64,000 nucleotides of DNA from an uncultured archaeon. GTDB lineage: Archaea; Hadarchaeota; Hadarchaeia; Hadarchaeales; WYZ-LMO6. The notes under the pieces were generated by a model. The model had not been told where the DNA came from. It searched no databases and saw only the letters and a program-made list of their open reading frames with translations. The first letter of the stretch is position 1. Every line of letters begins with the position of its first letter. Of this stretch, positions 1 through 9,881 are shown piece by piece. The translations under genes and the position numbers were made by a program. The stretch lies in NCBI GenBank assembly GCA_938074535.1, contig CALJER010000008.1, positions 1 to 64,000 of the forward strand, in the 5' to 3' direction.

Positions 1-1061
1 CTCAGCCAGTTCTCCTTCGCCTCCTTCTCCCCCACCCTCTGCTCCAGCATCCTCCTCTGCCTCTCCATCCCCTGCAGCTCCGCCCTCAGGGACCCCCTCC
101 TCCCCTCCGCCGAGGAGAGCTCCGAGCCCACCCTCTCCCTCTCCGCCCTGGCCTCGGAATGGGCCCTCTCCGCCTCCGCAGCCTCCCTCTCCAGGGCCTT
201 CAGGTCGGGCGGTCCCCCCAGCCTCGCCCCCAGCTCCTCCTGCTGCCTCTGGAGCTCCTCTATCCTCGCCCCCTCCTCCCTCTCCATGGTCCTGAGCCTC
301 TCCACCTTCCTCCCCAGCTCCTCCAGCTCCTCCAGCTTCCTCCTCACCTCCTCCAGCCTGGAGGAGAGCTCACCCTCCCTCCGCCTGAGCTCCTCCGCCC
401 TCCTCCCGTCCTCCTCCCTTTTCCTCCTCACCTCCTCCAGCTTCTCGAGGAGGGACCTCCTGTCCCGGCCCTCCACCATCCTCTTCCTGTCCCCGGCCTC
501 CTCGGAGAGCCTCCTGCCGAGGGCCCCGAGCTTCTGGCGGGCTTCCTCCAGCCTGTCCATCCCCATCAGCTCGTCCACCTTCTTCCTCCTCTCCGCCGGG
601 CGGAGGGTGAGGAAGTAGTCCAGCCTGTTCTGCTGGGAGTAGACGGCCCTCTCGAAGAGCTCGTAGTTCAGTCCCAGCAGCTTCTCCACCCACTCCGTGA
701 CCTTTCCAGACGTTGCCCCCTCCACCAAAGTGCCATCGGCCTTCCTCAGCTCGGCCGACGTGACCCCTCCCCTCCTCCTTATCACCCTCCTCACCACGTA
801 CTCCTCCTGGCCCGGGGGCGCGAAGCCCACCTCCACCTCCGCCGACTCGGCAGGCTCGGGCTTGCTCCTGATCAGGTCTTCCAGCTTCACCCCCCTCTCC
901 TTCAGGCCGGGAACCCTGCCGAAAAGGCCCATGGAAATGGCCTCCAGCACGCTGCTCTTGCCGCTCCCCATCCCCCCCACCAGCAGGTTGGTGCCGTCGC
1001 CGAACCTCAGCTCGGTCTGCGCGTGGGACTTCCAGTCCCTCAGCCTCACCCGGGTGATCAT
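1..1061 (-). CDS. rad50: DNA double-strand break repair ATPase Rad50 (N-terminal part; runs off the window edge)
   Basis: Not in the ORF track. Minus-strand translation from ATG 1061 gives MITRVRLRDWKSHAQTELRFGDGTNLLVGGMGSGKSS (SMC Walker A), then E/R/L-rich coiled coil. ATGA overlap with the mre11 stop. Confidence 0.93.
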   Translation of the reverse strand, partial: MITRVRLRDWKSHAQTELRFGDGTNLLVGGMGSGKSSVLEAISMGLFGRVPGLKERGVKLEDLIRSKPEPAESAEVEVGFAPPGQEEYVVRRVIRRRGGVTSAELRKADGTLVEGATSGKVTEWVEKLLGLNYELFERAVYSQQNRLDYFLTLRPAERRKKVDELMGMDRLEEARQKLGALGRRLSEEAGDRKRMVEGRDRRSLLEKLEEVRRKREEDGRRAEELRRREGELSSRLEEVRRKLEELEELGRKVERLRTMEREEGARIEELQRQQEELGARLGGPPDLKALEREAAEAERAHSEARAERERVGSELSSAEGRRGSLRAELQGMERQRRMLEQRVGEKEAKENWL

Positions 1062-2347
1062 CTCTCCCCCTCCAGCTCCGCCTCCACCATCCTCCTGACG
1101 AAAGCCCTCACCTTCTGCTCGACCTCCTCCTCCTTCCCCTCCATCATCAGGGTGCAGAGGCTCCCGGCCTCCAGCCCGTAGGAGTACCCAAGCTCCGCCA
1201 GCTGCTTCTCGAGCAGGCGCAGGGTCATCTCCTCCAGCGAGCGGACGTCCCTGAGCCTCTCCAGCACCTCCCTTCTCGCCTCCTCCTGGGGTGAGGAGAG
1301 GTCCTCCTTGCTCACCACCAGAAGCGCCCTGCCCGAAAACTCCTCCACCAGGGAGATGTCGTCCAAATCGCCCTTCCTCCCCTTCCCCAGCTTCCCCTTC
1401 AGCTTGAGGCGGATGAGGGGCAGCTTCCCGCGGTTTTTCCTCTCCCCGGAGAGGAGGGCCTCCACCCTCTCCCTCACCCTCCTCTCCAGCGAGGAGACCT
1501 CCCCTCCCTCCGCGTCCACCTCCTCGTAGAAGAAGTCCCTGGGAGTTTCCAGCTCCACGAAGCGGTATCTCTCCCCCTCCACCAGATAGAAGCCCTTGCG
1601 GCTGCTCGCCTCCACCGGAAGGAGCTGCGTGCGCTCGGTGCTTCCAGGAAAGAGGAGGGGCCTTCCCCAGGCGGTGGACTCCGCCCGGTAGTGCACGTGG
1701 CCGCAGAGGTAGAGGTCGAAGCCGCGGGGGAGCTCCTCCGGGGAAAGGCCTGCGGTCTCCTCCGCGGAGAAGACGTAGCGGCCAAGGGACTGGTGCAGCA
1801 TGAGGACGTTGAAGGCATCCCTCACCGGCCTGGGATCCCAGGTCTGCAGAAAGCCCTTCGAGTATCTCTCCGGCACGTGGCTCATCCCGTGCACCGCCAC
1901 CCTACCCCCCGGGCCCTCGAAGACCACGGACTCCCTGTGCAGGTGGATGAGCATTCCGGCGGCCTCCAGCACCTCCACCGGGTTCTTCAGACCCTCCGTC
2001 CTGCTCTCGTGGTTTCCGTGGAGGGCCACCACCGGGACTCCCTGAAGGGAGAGCGGCGAGATCTCCCCCTCCTCCTTCCCCAGCACCTCCACCAGCCTCA
2101 TCCTTCCCCTGCCCATCCTGGGGAGGGTGAAAATCCTCATCGCCCTGGCCCACACCTCCGGTCTGGGGGACCTGGTGTCGAAGAGGTCCCCCAGCAGCAG
2201 GATGAGGTCGGCGCCCTCCTCCACCGCCCTGCGGAGCGCCTCCTCCGCCTGGTCGAAGGAGTCTCCCTCCCTGGGGGTCCCCCACTTCGTCCCCAGGTGG
2301 GTGTCGCCGATCACCGCCAGCTTCAAGCCCACCCCCTCCCCTTTCAC
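1058..2347 (-). CDS. mre11: DNA repair nuclease Mre11
   Basis: Metallophosphoesterase motifs DTHLG, GDLFD, GNHE, GHVH; directly upstream of rad50. Confidence 0.93.
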   Translation of the reverse strand: MKGEGVGLKLAVIGDTHLGTKWGTPREGDSFDQAEEALRRAVEEGADLILLLGDLFDTRSPRPEVWARAMRIFTLPRMGRGRMRLVEVLGKEEGEISPLSLQGVPVVALHGNHESRTEGLKNPVEVLEAAGMLIHLHRESVVFEGPGGRVAVHGMSHVPERYSKGFLQTWDPRPVRDAFNVLMLHQSLGRYVFSAEETAGLSPEELPRGFDLYLCGHVHYRAESTAWGRPLLFPGSTERTQLLPVEASSRKGFYLVEGERYRFVELETPRDFFYEEVDAEGGEVSSLERRVRERVEALLSGERKNRGKLPLIRLKLKGKLGKGRKGDLDDISLVEEFSGRALLVVSKEDLSSPQEEARREVLERLRDVRSLEEMTLRLLEKQLAELGYSYGLEAGSLCTLMMEGKEEEVEQKVRAFVRRMVEAELEGER

Positions 2348-2432
2348 CTCACGCTCTTTAACCCGTGGGGCGAAAGTGTTGTCCGACCTCCCTCCTTTTA
2401 AGCTTTATTCCGGCGGAGGGATACCACAGAGG

Positions 2433-3650
2433 ATGAGCCTCCCCTGGTCCGAGAAGCACAGGCCCGGGAAGCTGAGCGAGGTGGTGGGGCAGGGGGCGGC
2501 CCTTCAGAAGGTGAGGGAATGGGCGGAGGGGTGGAGGAGGGGGAAGCCGGGGAAGAGGGCCCTCCTGCTCTACGGTGCTCCTGGCTCCGGGAAGACCACC
2601 CTCGCCGAAGCCCTGGCGGCGGAGGAGGGATGGGACCTCATCCAGCTGAACGCGAGCGATCAGAGGACCTTCGAGGTGCTCAAGAGGGTGGCGGGGGAGG
2701 CGGCGGTCACGGGCACGCTCACGGGAAAGAAGGGGGAGAGGAGGCTGGTGGTCCTGGACGAGGCCGACAACCTCCACCCCCACGAGGACAGGGGCGGGTA
2801 CAGGGCGGTGAAGGAGATCCTGGAGAGGACCCTGAACCCCGTGATCCTCACCGCCAACGACCGCACGGCCCTCCCCCGGGAGATCCGCGAGCTCTGCCTG
2901 GAGGTCAACCTGAGGCGCCTCCCCCCGAGGGAGATCGAGGAGATCCTGAGGAGGATCTGCGAGGAGGAAGGAATAGAGGCCGAGCCCCTGGTCCTGAGGA
3001 GGATAGCGGAGGCCTCCAGGGGAGACGCCAGGGCCGCCATCAACGACCTCCAGACCTCCTGCGGGGGCAGGAAGAAGTGCAGGATCCAGGACCTGGCCCT
3101 CTACCTGAGGGAGCTGGAGACCAGCGTGTTCGAGGTGCTGGGGAAGCTGCCGCACGTGGAATCGGTGGAGAAGGGCAGGAGGCTGGTGATGGAGCTCGAC
3201 CTCCCTCCCGCAGAGTTCCTGGGATGGGTGAGCGAGAACCTTCCCCCCGCCCTGGACCCCAAGGACAGGGCCAGGGTGTGCGACGCCCTCTCGAGGGCGG
3301 ACCTCTTCCTGGCGAGGGCCGTGAGGACGGGAAACTACGGAATGTGGAGCTACGCCTCCGAGCTCATGGGGGCAGGGCCCTCCCTCCTGAGGGAAGGGGG
3401 GGTCTCGCCCCGAAGGCTGCAGTACCCCAGCTCGGCCAGCCTCTACGCCAGGACCAGGTGGAAGAGGGCCCTGAGGGACTCCCTGGCGAAGAAGTGGGCC
3501 TCGCGCTGCCACACCTCCTCCAGGGTCTGCAGGGAAAACCTGGAGTACCTGGCCCTCATGGTGGAGGGGAGGGCGGGGGAGAAGATAGCGCAGGAGCTGG
3601 AGCTCACGGAGCAGGAAAGGGAGTACCTGAAGAGCCTGGTGACCGCTTGA
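2433..3650 (+). CDS. rfcL: Replication factor C large subunit
   Basis: MSLPWSEKHRP start, Walker A GAPGSGKT, LNASDQR, LDEADNL. Start moved to ATG 2433, downstream of a TTTAAG/TTTATT promoter-like tract. Confidence 0.93.
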   Translation: MSLPWSEKHRPGKLSEVVGQGAALQKVREWAEGWRRGKPGKRALLLYGAPGSGKTTLAEALAAEEGWDLIQLNASDQRTFEVLKRVAGEAAVTGTLTGKKGERRLVVLDEADNLHPHEDRGGYRAVKEILERTLNPVILTANDRTALPREIRELCLEVNLRRLPPREIEEILRRICEEEGIEAEPLVLRRIAEASRGDARAAINDLQTSCGGRKKCRIQDLALYLRELETSVFEVLGKLPHVESVEKGRRLVMELDLPPAEFLGWVSENLPPALDPKDRARVCDALSRADLFLARAVRTGNYGMWSYASELMGAGPSLLREGGVSPRRLQYPSSASLYARTRWKRALRDSLAKKWASRCHTSSRVCRENLEYLALMVEGRAGEKIAQELELTEQEREYLKSLVTA

Positions 3651-4738
3651 AGGTGGTGAAGAACCTCAGGCTGGGCAGGCTGGCCACCGACCTCCCCAAC
3701 CGGGGCCTGCCCGTGTACGGCTGGTTCCCCCTGAAGGAGGCCTTCTCCAGGCACCTGGTGGTGATGCTCCTCCGAAGCCTTTGGATGGGAAAGGGGGACA
3801 GGGTGCTCGATCCCTTCTGCGGGAAGGGGACCACCCTCCTGGCCTGCAAGGAGCTGGGGGTGGACGCCGTGGGTTATGAGGTGCATCCCCTCTTCCTCTT
3901 CCTCTCCAGGGTGGAGCTGAGGGACTATGAGCCCGCCTCCCTCAGGAGGGCCGGGGAGGAGCTCCTCTCCGCCCCCTTCCGCCCCCCCAGCACCCCTCCC
4001 CCGGAGTTCCTGAAGAGGTTCTTCCCTCCCGGCGCGCTTCAGGACCTCCTCTTCTTCAGGGAGAGGATCATGGAGAGGGAAGAGGGGGAGAGGGAGTTCC
4101 TGCTCACCGCCCTGGCCCTGGCCGCGGCGGAGAGCAGCTGGGCCTTCAGGGATGGGGGGGTGCTCAAGGTGAGGAAGAGGAGGGTTCCCCCCCTGAGGGA
4201 GGCCCTGGCCAGGAGGATGGGGTGGATGTGCGACGATCTGGAGAAGCTGGAGACCAGGGGGGCCAGCCTCTCGGTGGTGGAGGGCGACGCAAGGGAGATG
4301 GAGGTGGAGGAGGAGTCCTTCGACGCCGTGATCACCTCACCGCCCTATCCCGGGAAGCTGGAGTACGCCTCCGCCTACAGGCTGGAGCAGGAGATCCTGG
4401 GGCTTCCCCCTCCCCGCCCCGAGAGGCTGCTTGGGGTGAGGACGAAGGACGGGGGGCCGAGCTTCGACTGTGAGGCCTACCTCGAGGACCTGTCCAAGGT
4501 AGTGGAGAAGCTCTACCAGGCATGCGTGGAGGGGGGGGAGGTGGCGGTGGTGGTCTCGGACGGGTGCTTCCCTGAGGAGAGGAGGGTCTTCGAAGTCTGC
4601 ACTCCCCTCTGCGAGGCCGCCGAGAAGGTCGGATTCAGAGCGAAGAAGGCCATCATCGTGAACGAGAGGTTCTGCACCACCCCTTCCAGGAAGAAGCTGG
4701 GGGTCATGCGGGAGTACCTGCTCCAGTGGAGGAAGTAG
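3647..4738 (+). CDS. Orphan DNA methyltransferase (N4-cytosine/N6-adenine type)
   Basis: SAM-binding motif VLDPFCGKGTT and catalytic motif ITSPPY. TTG start overlaps the rfcL stop (TTGA). Confidence 0.8.
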   Translation: MKVVKNLRLGRLATDLPNRGLPVYGWFPLKEAFSRHLVVMLLRSLWMGKGDRVLDPFCGKGTTLLACKELGVDAVGYEVHPLFLFLSRVELRDYEPASLRRAGEELLSAPFRPPSTPPPEFLKRFFPPGALQDLLFFRERIMEREEGEREFLLTALALAAAESSWAFRDGGVLKVRKRRVPPLREALARRMGWMCDDLEKLETRGASLSVVEGDAREMEVEEESFDAVITSPPYPGKLEYASAYRLEQEILGLPPPRPERLLGVRTKDGGPSFDCEAYLEDLSKVVEKLYQACVEGGEVAVVVSDGCFPEERRVFEVCTPLCEAAEKVGFRAKKAIIVNERFCTTPSRKKLGVMREYLLQWRK

Positions 4739-5132
4739 TCTTCAGTCTCTGAATCAGCAACAGCACCCTCCTCTTTATCTCCTCCACCACCCTCCTGGCC
4801 TCCCCGCGCTCCATGCCCGCCGGATCGGGCAGCTCCCACCTCTCCGCGGGGGCCCGCACGACGGGACACTGGGCCCCGCCGCAGACCACCACGACCATGT
4901 CCGCTCCCTCGAGGAGCTCGCGGGTGAGGGGGCGCGGCCTCCTGCCGCTCACGTCTATTCCCTCCTCACGCATGAGCTCGACGGCGAGGGGGTGCACGGC
5001 TGGAGCGGGGGAGAGCCCCGCGCTCACCGCCCTCCATCCCTCCGGCGCAAACCTGTTGAAGAAGGCCTCCGCCACCACACTCCTGAAGCGGTTCTCCGCG
5101 CAGACGAAGAGGACCGTCCTCACCCGCCCCAC
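4704..5132 (-). CDS. Low-molecular-weight phosphatase / arsenate reductase ArsC family protein
   Basis: VLFVCAENRFRS (CX5R P-loop), SAG, two further Cys, WELPDP. Confidence 0.85.
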   Translation of the reverse strand: MGRVRTVLFVCAENRFRSVVAEAFFNRFAPEGWRAVSAGLSPAPAVHPLAVELMREEGIDVSGRRPRPLTRELLEGADMVVVVCGGAQCPVVRAPAERWELPDPAGMERGEARRVVEEIKRRVLLLIQRLKTTSSTGAGTPA

Positions 5133-6322
5133 TCCAGGAGCCTCTTCTCCCCCTCAATTTTCTTCAGTTCGGTAATGTCCTGCGTCACCTCCAGCGTGCC
5201 CAGGTACTTCCCCTTCTCATCCCTCACCGCAAAGTACCTGATGTAGATCAGGCGCCCATCCTTCTGGATCCAGAACTCCGCCGCATCCTTTTCCCCCCTC
5301 CGGAAGGCCTCCAGGATCCTGTTGACCACGTGGACGCTCTTCTGCGGATGGCAGAGCTGGACCTTCCTCCCCAGAACCGCCTTCGTCCTGACGAAGAGAC
5401 GCTTCTCCGACCTGTTGAAATACCTCACGGTGTCGTCCTCCCCCACGAAGGTGAGATCCACGGGCAGGGTATCCAGGATGGCCCTCACCTCCTCCTTGGA
5501 GAGGGAGCCCGTCTCCAGCCGGAGCACCTCCTCCACCTTTTCCCCGGCCTTTTCCCCTCCTCCAGCCTGCCCGGGAGGACGCGGGGGGGTGAAGCAGCAG
5601 TAGCCTATCTCGTCGAAGTCCTTTCTCACCTCCCCCCACTCCTCCTCACCGAGCACCCTCAAGGCGGAGGGAAAGAGGATGTGGTCCTCCTTGAAGAAGT
5701 GGTCCTTCAGGAGGCGGCTCAGGGAGAGCACCCTTTCCCCCACCTTCTCCTTGAGCTCCCCGAAGTCCCCGCCGGGGCGCTCCCGGAGGAGGGCGTGGAG
5801 CGCCTTCTTTTCCTTCCTGAGCTGGTCGTGCTCCATCCACATGATGGCGGGGGGCTCGGTTATCCCGTGCTTCTCCAGCATGGGAAAGAGCACGTTCTCC
5901 TCCCTGAGGTAGTGCTTCTCCGCCTCCATGAGCTCCTCCGAAAGCCCAAGCATGAGGGAGAGCTCCCCCCCGGCGGAGGGAAGATCCCCAAGCCCCGCGA
6001 TCCTGCCCACCGCCTCCTCCATCCTCTCCACCCTCCTCTGCAGCTCCCGGTGCTCCCCCAGCAGGATCTCCAGCGGATGGCCGGGGGGAAGCTCCAGCCG
6101 CTGCTTCTCCAGCTGCTCCCTGAAAACCTCCAGGTGGACCTCACACAGCCTCCGGATTTCCTCCCTGGAAAAGCCCTCCTCCAGGAGTTCCTGCTCCACC
6201 CTGGCGATCTCCACGGGAGTCACCCCCTCCAGGACCTCCCTGAAGCTCTGCTTGAGCTCCCGGGGAGAAGCGCCGGCGTGCAATCTCCTCAGGATCTCCT
6301 TCAGCGCCTCCTTTCTTTCCAT
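5120..6322 (-). CDS. DUF438 / hemerythrin-like / PAS domain protein
   Basis: N-terminal LHAGAS...LCEVH, hemerythrin-like HYLREENVLFP, WMEHD and HFFKEDHILFP, C-terminal PAS with CHPQKS and LEVTQDIT. Confidence 0.85.
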   Translation of the reverse strand: MERKEALKEILRRLHAGASPRELKQSFREVLEGVTPVEIARVEQELLEEGFSREEIRRLCEVHLEVFREQLEKQRLELPPGHPLEILLGEHRELQRRVERMEEAVGRIAGLGDLPSAGGELSLMLGLSEELMEAEKHYLREENVLFPMLEKHGITEPPAIMWMEHDQLRKEKKALHALLRERPGGDFGELKEKVGERVLSLSRLLKDHFFKEDHILFPSALRVLGEEEWGEVRKDFDEIGYCCFTPPRPPGQAGGGEKAGEKVEEVLRLETGSLSKEEVRAILDTLPVDLTFVGEDDTVRYFNRSEKRLFVRTKAVLGRKVQLCHPQKSVHVVNRILEAFRRGEKDAAEFWIQKDGRLIYIRYFAVRDEKGKYLGTLEVTQDITELKKIEGEKRLLEWGG

Positions 6323-6343
6323 CCAGTATCCCTCCCCGGGCCG

Positions 6344-7273
6344 CTATAAAATCCTCTGGGGAACCACCCTCCCGAAGTAGGGCTCCCTCCTCTCTACCGC
6401 CAGCTCGAAGGCCCTCCTCACCCCTTCCTCCCTTCCCCCCCTGAGGGGTGAGAGCACGTCCACCAGGCCGTCGTTCCTCATGAGGCACGGCTTGAGGTAG
6501 CCGTCGTGGGTGAGCCTGAGGCGGGTGCAGTGCAGGCAGAACTCGGAGTTGTGCATGGGCCGGACCACCTCCACCTCCACCCCATCCACCTCGTAGACCC
6601 TCCTCGCGTGCAGTTCCTTCCTTACCCTCACCTCCCTCCCCCTCTCCCGCAGCCTCCTCTCCACCTCCGAGGGGTCTAGGTGGAAGCTCTCGTAAATCCG
6701 GGGGGGATCGCCCGGCAGGCGGATGAGCTCCAGCAGCTGCAGCTTCAGACCCCTTTCCCTGGCGAACCCCATCATCCCCTCGACCTCCTCCTCGTTCACC
6801 CCCCTCAGGAGGAGCATGTTGAGCTTCACGGGGGTCAGACCCGCGTCCACCGCAGCCTCTATTCCCCTGAGGGCCTTGTCCAGCGCCCCCACCCCTGTGA
6901 GCCTGGCGTACTTCTGCGGGTCCAGCGTGTCCAGGCTCACGTTCACCCTCCTCAGCCCCGCCCCCGCCAGACCCTCAGCCCTCTCCGCCAGCCCCACCCC
7001 GTTGGTGACCATGGAGACCTCCTCCGCGTGGGCCGAGACCTCCCTCACCACCTCCTCCAGATCCGGGCGCATGAGGGGCTCCCCTCCCGTGAGTTTGACC
7101 TTCCCCATGCCCAGGGAGGAGGCCACCTCCACCACCCTTCCTATCTCCTCCGCGCTCATCCTCCTCCCTCCCCCCTCCCGTCCCTCCCTGTGGCAGTAGA
7201 AGCAGCGCAGGTTGCACTCCCCCGTCACCGAAACCCTCAGGCTCCTCACGGGTCTTCCGAACCTGTCCTTCAT
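6344..7273 (-). CDS. moaA: GTP 3',8-cyclase MoaA
   Basis: DRFGRP, radical SAM CNLRCFYC, TGGEP, C-terminal FCLHCTRLRLT...PCL. Confidence 0.95.
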   Translation of the reverse strand: MKDRFGRPVRSLRVSVTGECNLRCFYCHREGREGGGRRMSAEEIGRVVEVASSLGMGKVKLTGGEPLMRPDLEEVVREVSAHAEEVSMVTNGVGLAERAEGLAGAGLRRVNVSLDTLDPQKYARLTGVGALDKALRGIEAAVDAGLTPVKLNMLLLRGVNEEEVEGMMGFARERGLKLQLLELIRLPGDPPRIYESFHLDPSEVERRLRERGREVRVRKELHARRVYEVDGVEVEVVRPMHNSEFCLHCTRLRLTHDGYLKPCLMRNDGLVDVLSPLRGGREEGVRRAFELAVERREPYFGRVVPQRIL

Positions 7274-7999
7274 TCACCTCCTCCTCACCCTCAGCTCCAC
7301 CTCCTCCCCCCTTCCGCCTTTGAGGGAAGAGACCATCCCGAGCACGGTGCTGGAGACGATCTTCCTGACGAAGGGGTTCATGGCCAGCCTCTTCCCGTCC
7401 ACCCGGAGCTCCGCTCCCTCCAGGGCCGGGCACCTCCTTTTCCCCTTTTTCCCCGAGGCCGCCGCCAGCAGGAACTCCCTGCAGCTCCCGAACCCGCACT
7501 CCCCGCAGTCCAGTCCTCCAGCGGGGGTGGTCGCCCTCTCCTCCGCCAGGTCAGCCAGGGCACCGGAGGCCAGGAAGGGGAGGACGGGCTTTCCCTCCAC
7601 GCCCTTCCCCACGAAGGCCGCGGTGAGCGCGTCGTCCAGCTCCCTCGCCTCCTCCTCGCTCCTGGCCACCATCACCTTCACCACCTCCTCCCCCTTGAAG
7701 CCCTCCAGGATGACGAAGTCCAACCCCCTGAGGGAGAGCAGCACCTCCCTCAGCCCGGGTTTTTTCCTCCTCTCCCTCACCGCCACCTCCTCCCCGCTCA
7801 CCGCCACCACCACCGAGCTCCCCGCCTCCGCATGCCTCCAGGTGTCCGTTCCCTCCCTGTCTATGGTGGGGTGTTTGGAGAGGTGCTTCACCGTCCCCAC
7901 CCTGTACCCCCTCCTGACCAGCTCCCCCACCAGTCCCACCACCACCTCCGTCTTCCCGCTGTCCTTGTACCCGCCCACCCCGAGCACCCTGAACATCAT
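7274..7999 (-). CDS. mobB: Molybdopterin-guanine dinucleotide biosynthesis protein MobB with C-terminal Fe-S domain
   Basis: GYKDSGKT P-loop, VGTVKH, EGFK, DCGECGFGSC...C motif. Start adjacent to the moeA stop. Confidence 0.88.
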   Translation of the reverse strand: MMFRVLGVGGYKDSGKTEVVVGLVGELVRRGYRVGTVKHLSKHPTIDREGTDTWRHAEAGSSVVVAVSGEEVAVRERRKKPGLREVLLSLRGLDFVILEGFKGEEVVKVMVARSEEEARELDDALTAAFVGKGVEGKPVLPFLASGALADLAEERATTPAGGLDCGECGFGSCREFLLAAASGKKGKRRCPALEGAELRVDGKRLAMNPFVRKIVSSTVLGMVSSLKGGRGEEVELRVRRR

Positions 8000-9219
8000 C
8001 ACCCTCCGAAGAGGAAGACCTCCACCTCCTCTCCCTCCGCCAGCCTCTCCTTCTCCCTGGGCACGCGCAAATAACCGTCCGCCTCCAGCAGGGAGGTGAT
8101 GGCCCCGGAGCCCCTTCTCACCACCTCCGCCCTGAGCTCCCCACCCTCCAGCCTGAGCCTCACGGGGATGAGCTCCTCCCTCCCCCTGGCCTTCTCCGTT
8201 CCCTCCAGGAGCCTCGCCCTGAGGGAGAGGGTGGGGGGGCCGGGGAGGCCGCTCATCCTCCTGAGGTAGGGTTCCACCAGCAGGTGAAAGACGAGGAGGG
8301 CGGAGAGGGGGTAGCCGGGAAGACCGAACACGGGCTTGTTCCCGACCAGGGCGAAGAAGGTGGGCTTCCCAGGCTTCAGGGCCAGACCGTGGAAGAGGAG
8401 CCTCCCCATCCCGGCCACCGCCGAGGGGACCAGATCCCTCTCCCCCTCGGAGGAACCCCCCGAGACCAGCAGGGCCTCGCCTTCGGAGAGCCCCCGCCGG
8501 ATCTTCCTCACGAGCTCCCCGGGCCTGTCCCTGGCCACCCCCAGCCAGACGGGCTGGCAGCCGCAGGAGGCCACGGCGGCGCAGAGCATGGGGCCGTTCG
8601 AGTTGAACACCTTTCCCCTGCCCAGCCTCCTCCCAGGCTCCTCCAGCTCGTCCCCCGTGGCCATCACGCCCACCCTCGGTCTGGCGTAAACCTTCACCCT
8701 GCCCACCCCCGCCGCCGACAGCGCCCCCACCTCCCTCGAGCTCAGAACCACTCCCGGGAGCAGCAGGGTCTCCCCCCTTCTTCTCTCCGCCCCCCTCCTC
8801 CACACGTTCTCCCCCGGGGAAACCGGACGGTAGATCCTCACCGTCCTTCCCTCCTCCACCGCGTGCTCCTTCATCACCACCGCATCCGCGCCAGGGGGGA
8901 GGGGGGCACCGGTGGCCACGCGCACGCATCCTCCCTTCCTCACCCCCACGGAGGGCCACTCCCCCGCCTCCACCTCACCCAGCCTCTCCAGGGGAACCGG
9001 AGCGGCCTCCTCCGCCCCAAAGGTGTCCTCCGCCTTCACGGCATAGCCGTCGTAGAGGGCCCTGTCGAAGGGGGGGAGGTCCACCCCGCACCTCGCCTCC
9101 TCCGCCAGCACCCTTCCCGCCGCCTCCCAGATCCCCACCTCCTCCACGCGGGGGGAAGGTCTCCACTCCCCCTCCAGCCTCCTCCTGGCCTCCTCCAGCC
9201 CCACTACCTTCTTGACCAT
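7999..9219 (-). CDS. moeA: Molybdopterin molybdo/tungsto-transferase MoeA
   Basis: PPFDRALYDGYAV, ATGAPLP, TGDEL, SGGSS, KPGKP, GLPGYP motifs. Confidence 0.93.
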   Translation of the reverse strand: MVKKVVGLEEARRRLEGEWRPSPRVEEVGIWEAAGRVLAEEARCGVDLPPFDRALYDGYAVKAEDTFGAEEAAPVPLERLGEVEAGEWPSVGVRKGGCVRVATGAPLPPGADAVVMKEHAVEEGRTVRIYRPVSPGENVWRRGAERRRGETLLLPGVVLSSREVGALSAAGVGRVKVYARPRVGVMATGDELEEPGRRLGRGKVFNSNGPMLCAAVASCGCQPVWLGVARDRPGELVRKIRRGLSEGEALLVSGGSSEGERDLVPSAVAGMGRLLFHGLALKPGKPTFFALVGNKPVFGLPGYPLSALLVFHLLVEPYLRRMSGLPGPPTLSLRARLLEGTEKARGREELIPVRLRLEGGELRAEVVRRGSGAITSLLEADGYLRVPREKERLAEGEEVEVFLFGG

Positions 9220-9881
9220 TCCCTCGCCTCCTGGGCCAGAAGGGTGAGGAAGATCCTGAAGCCGCTCAGGATGGTCGTCCCCTTAGCCTTGCTGTACTCG
9301 TGGTAGAAGCACCTGACGGGCACCTCCCTCACCCTCCATCCTTTCCTAGAGGCCTGAAGAATGAGCTCGGAGGAAACGGCGTACCTGTCGTTCCTTATCT
9401 CCACCTCCTCCAGCGCCCTGCGGGAGAAGCCCCTGTTCCCCGACTGGGAGTCCGTGAAGATCCCGCTCAGGAGGAAGGTCAGGACGTCGAGCACGAAGTT
9501 GCCGAAGCGCTTGTTCAGGGGGATGCCCTCGCTCCTCCTCCTCCCCACCACGAAGTCCGCCTCCTCCAGCTCCTCCACGATCCTCTCCACCGCCTCCGGG
9601 TCGTGCTGCCCGTCGGCGTCGAAGGTCACGGCCGCCTTCGCCCCCCTCCTGGCCGCCTCCCTAAGGCCCGTTCTCAGGGCCGCACCCAGCCCCGAGTTCA
9701 CCTCGTGCCTGAGCACCACGGCCCCGGCGGACCGGGCCACCTCTCCGGTGGCATCCACCGAACCGTCGTCCACCACCACCAGGTTCCTCCACCCCCTCTC
9801 CTTCAGCTCCCGCAGGACCTTTCCCACCGACCTCTCCTCGTTGTAGGCCGGAAGGACCACCCAGACCTCTTCCTTCCTCAT
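9204..9881 (-). CDS. Glycosyltransferase family 2 (polyprenol-phosphate glycosyltransferase-like)
   Basis: VVLPAYNEE, VVDDGSVD, FDADGQHDP, DSQSG. Start at ATG 9881. Confidence 0.9.
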   Translation of the reverse strand: MRKEEVWVVLPAYNEERSVGKVLRELKERGWRNLVVVDDGSVDATGEVARSAGAVVLRHEVNSGLGAALRTGLREAARRGAKAAVTFDADGQHDPEAVERIVEELEEADFVVGRRRSEGIPLNKRFGNFVLDVLTFLLSGIFTDSQSGNRGFSRRALEEVEIRNDRYAVSSELILQASRKGWRVREVPVRCFYHEYSKAKGTTILSGFRIFLTLLAQEAREWSRR

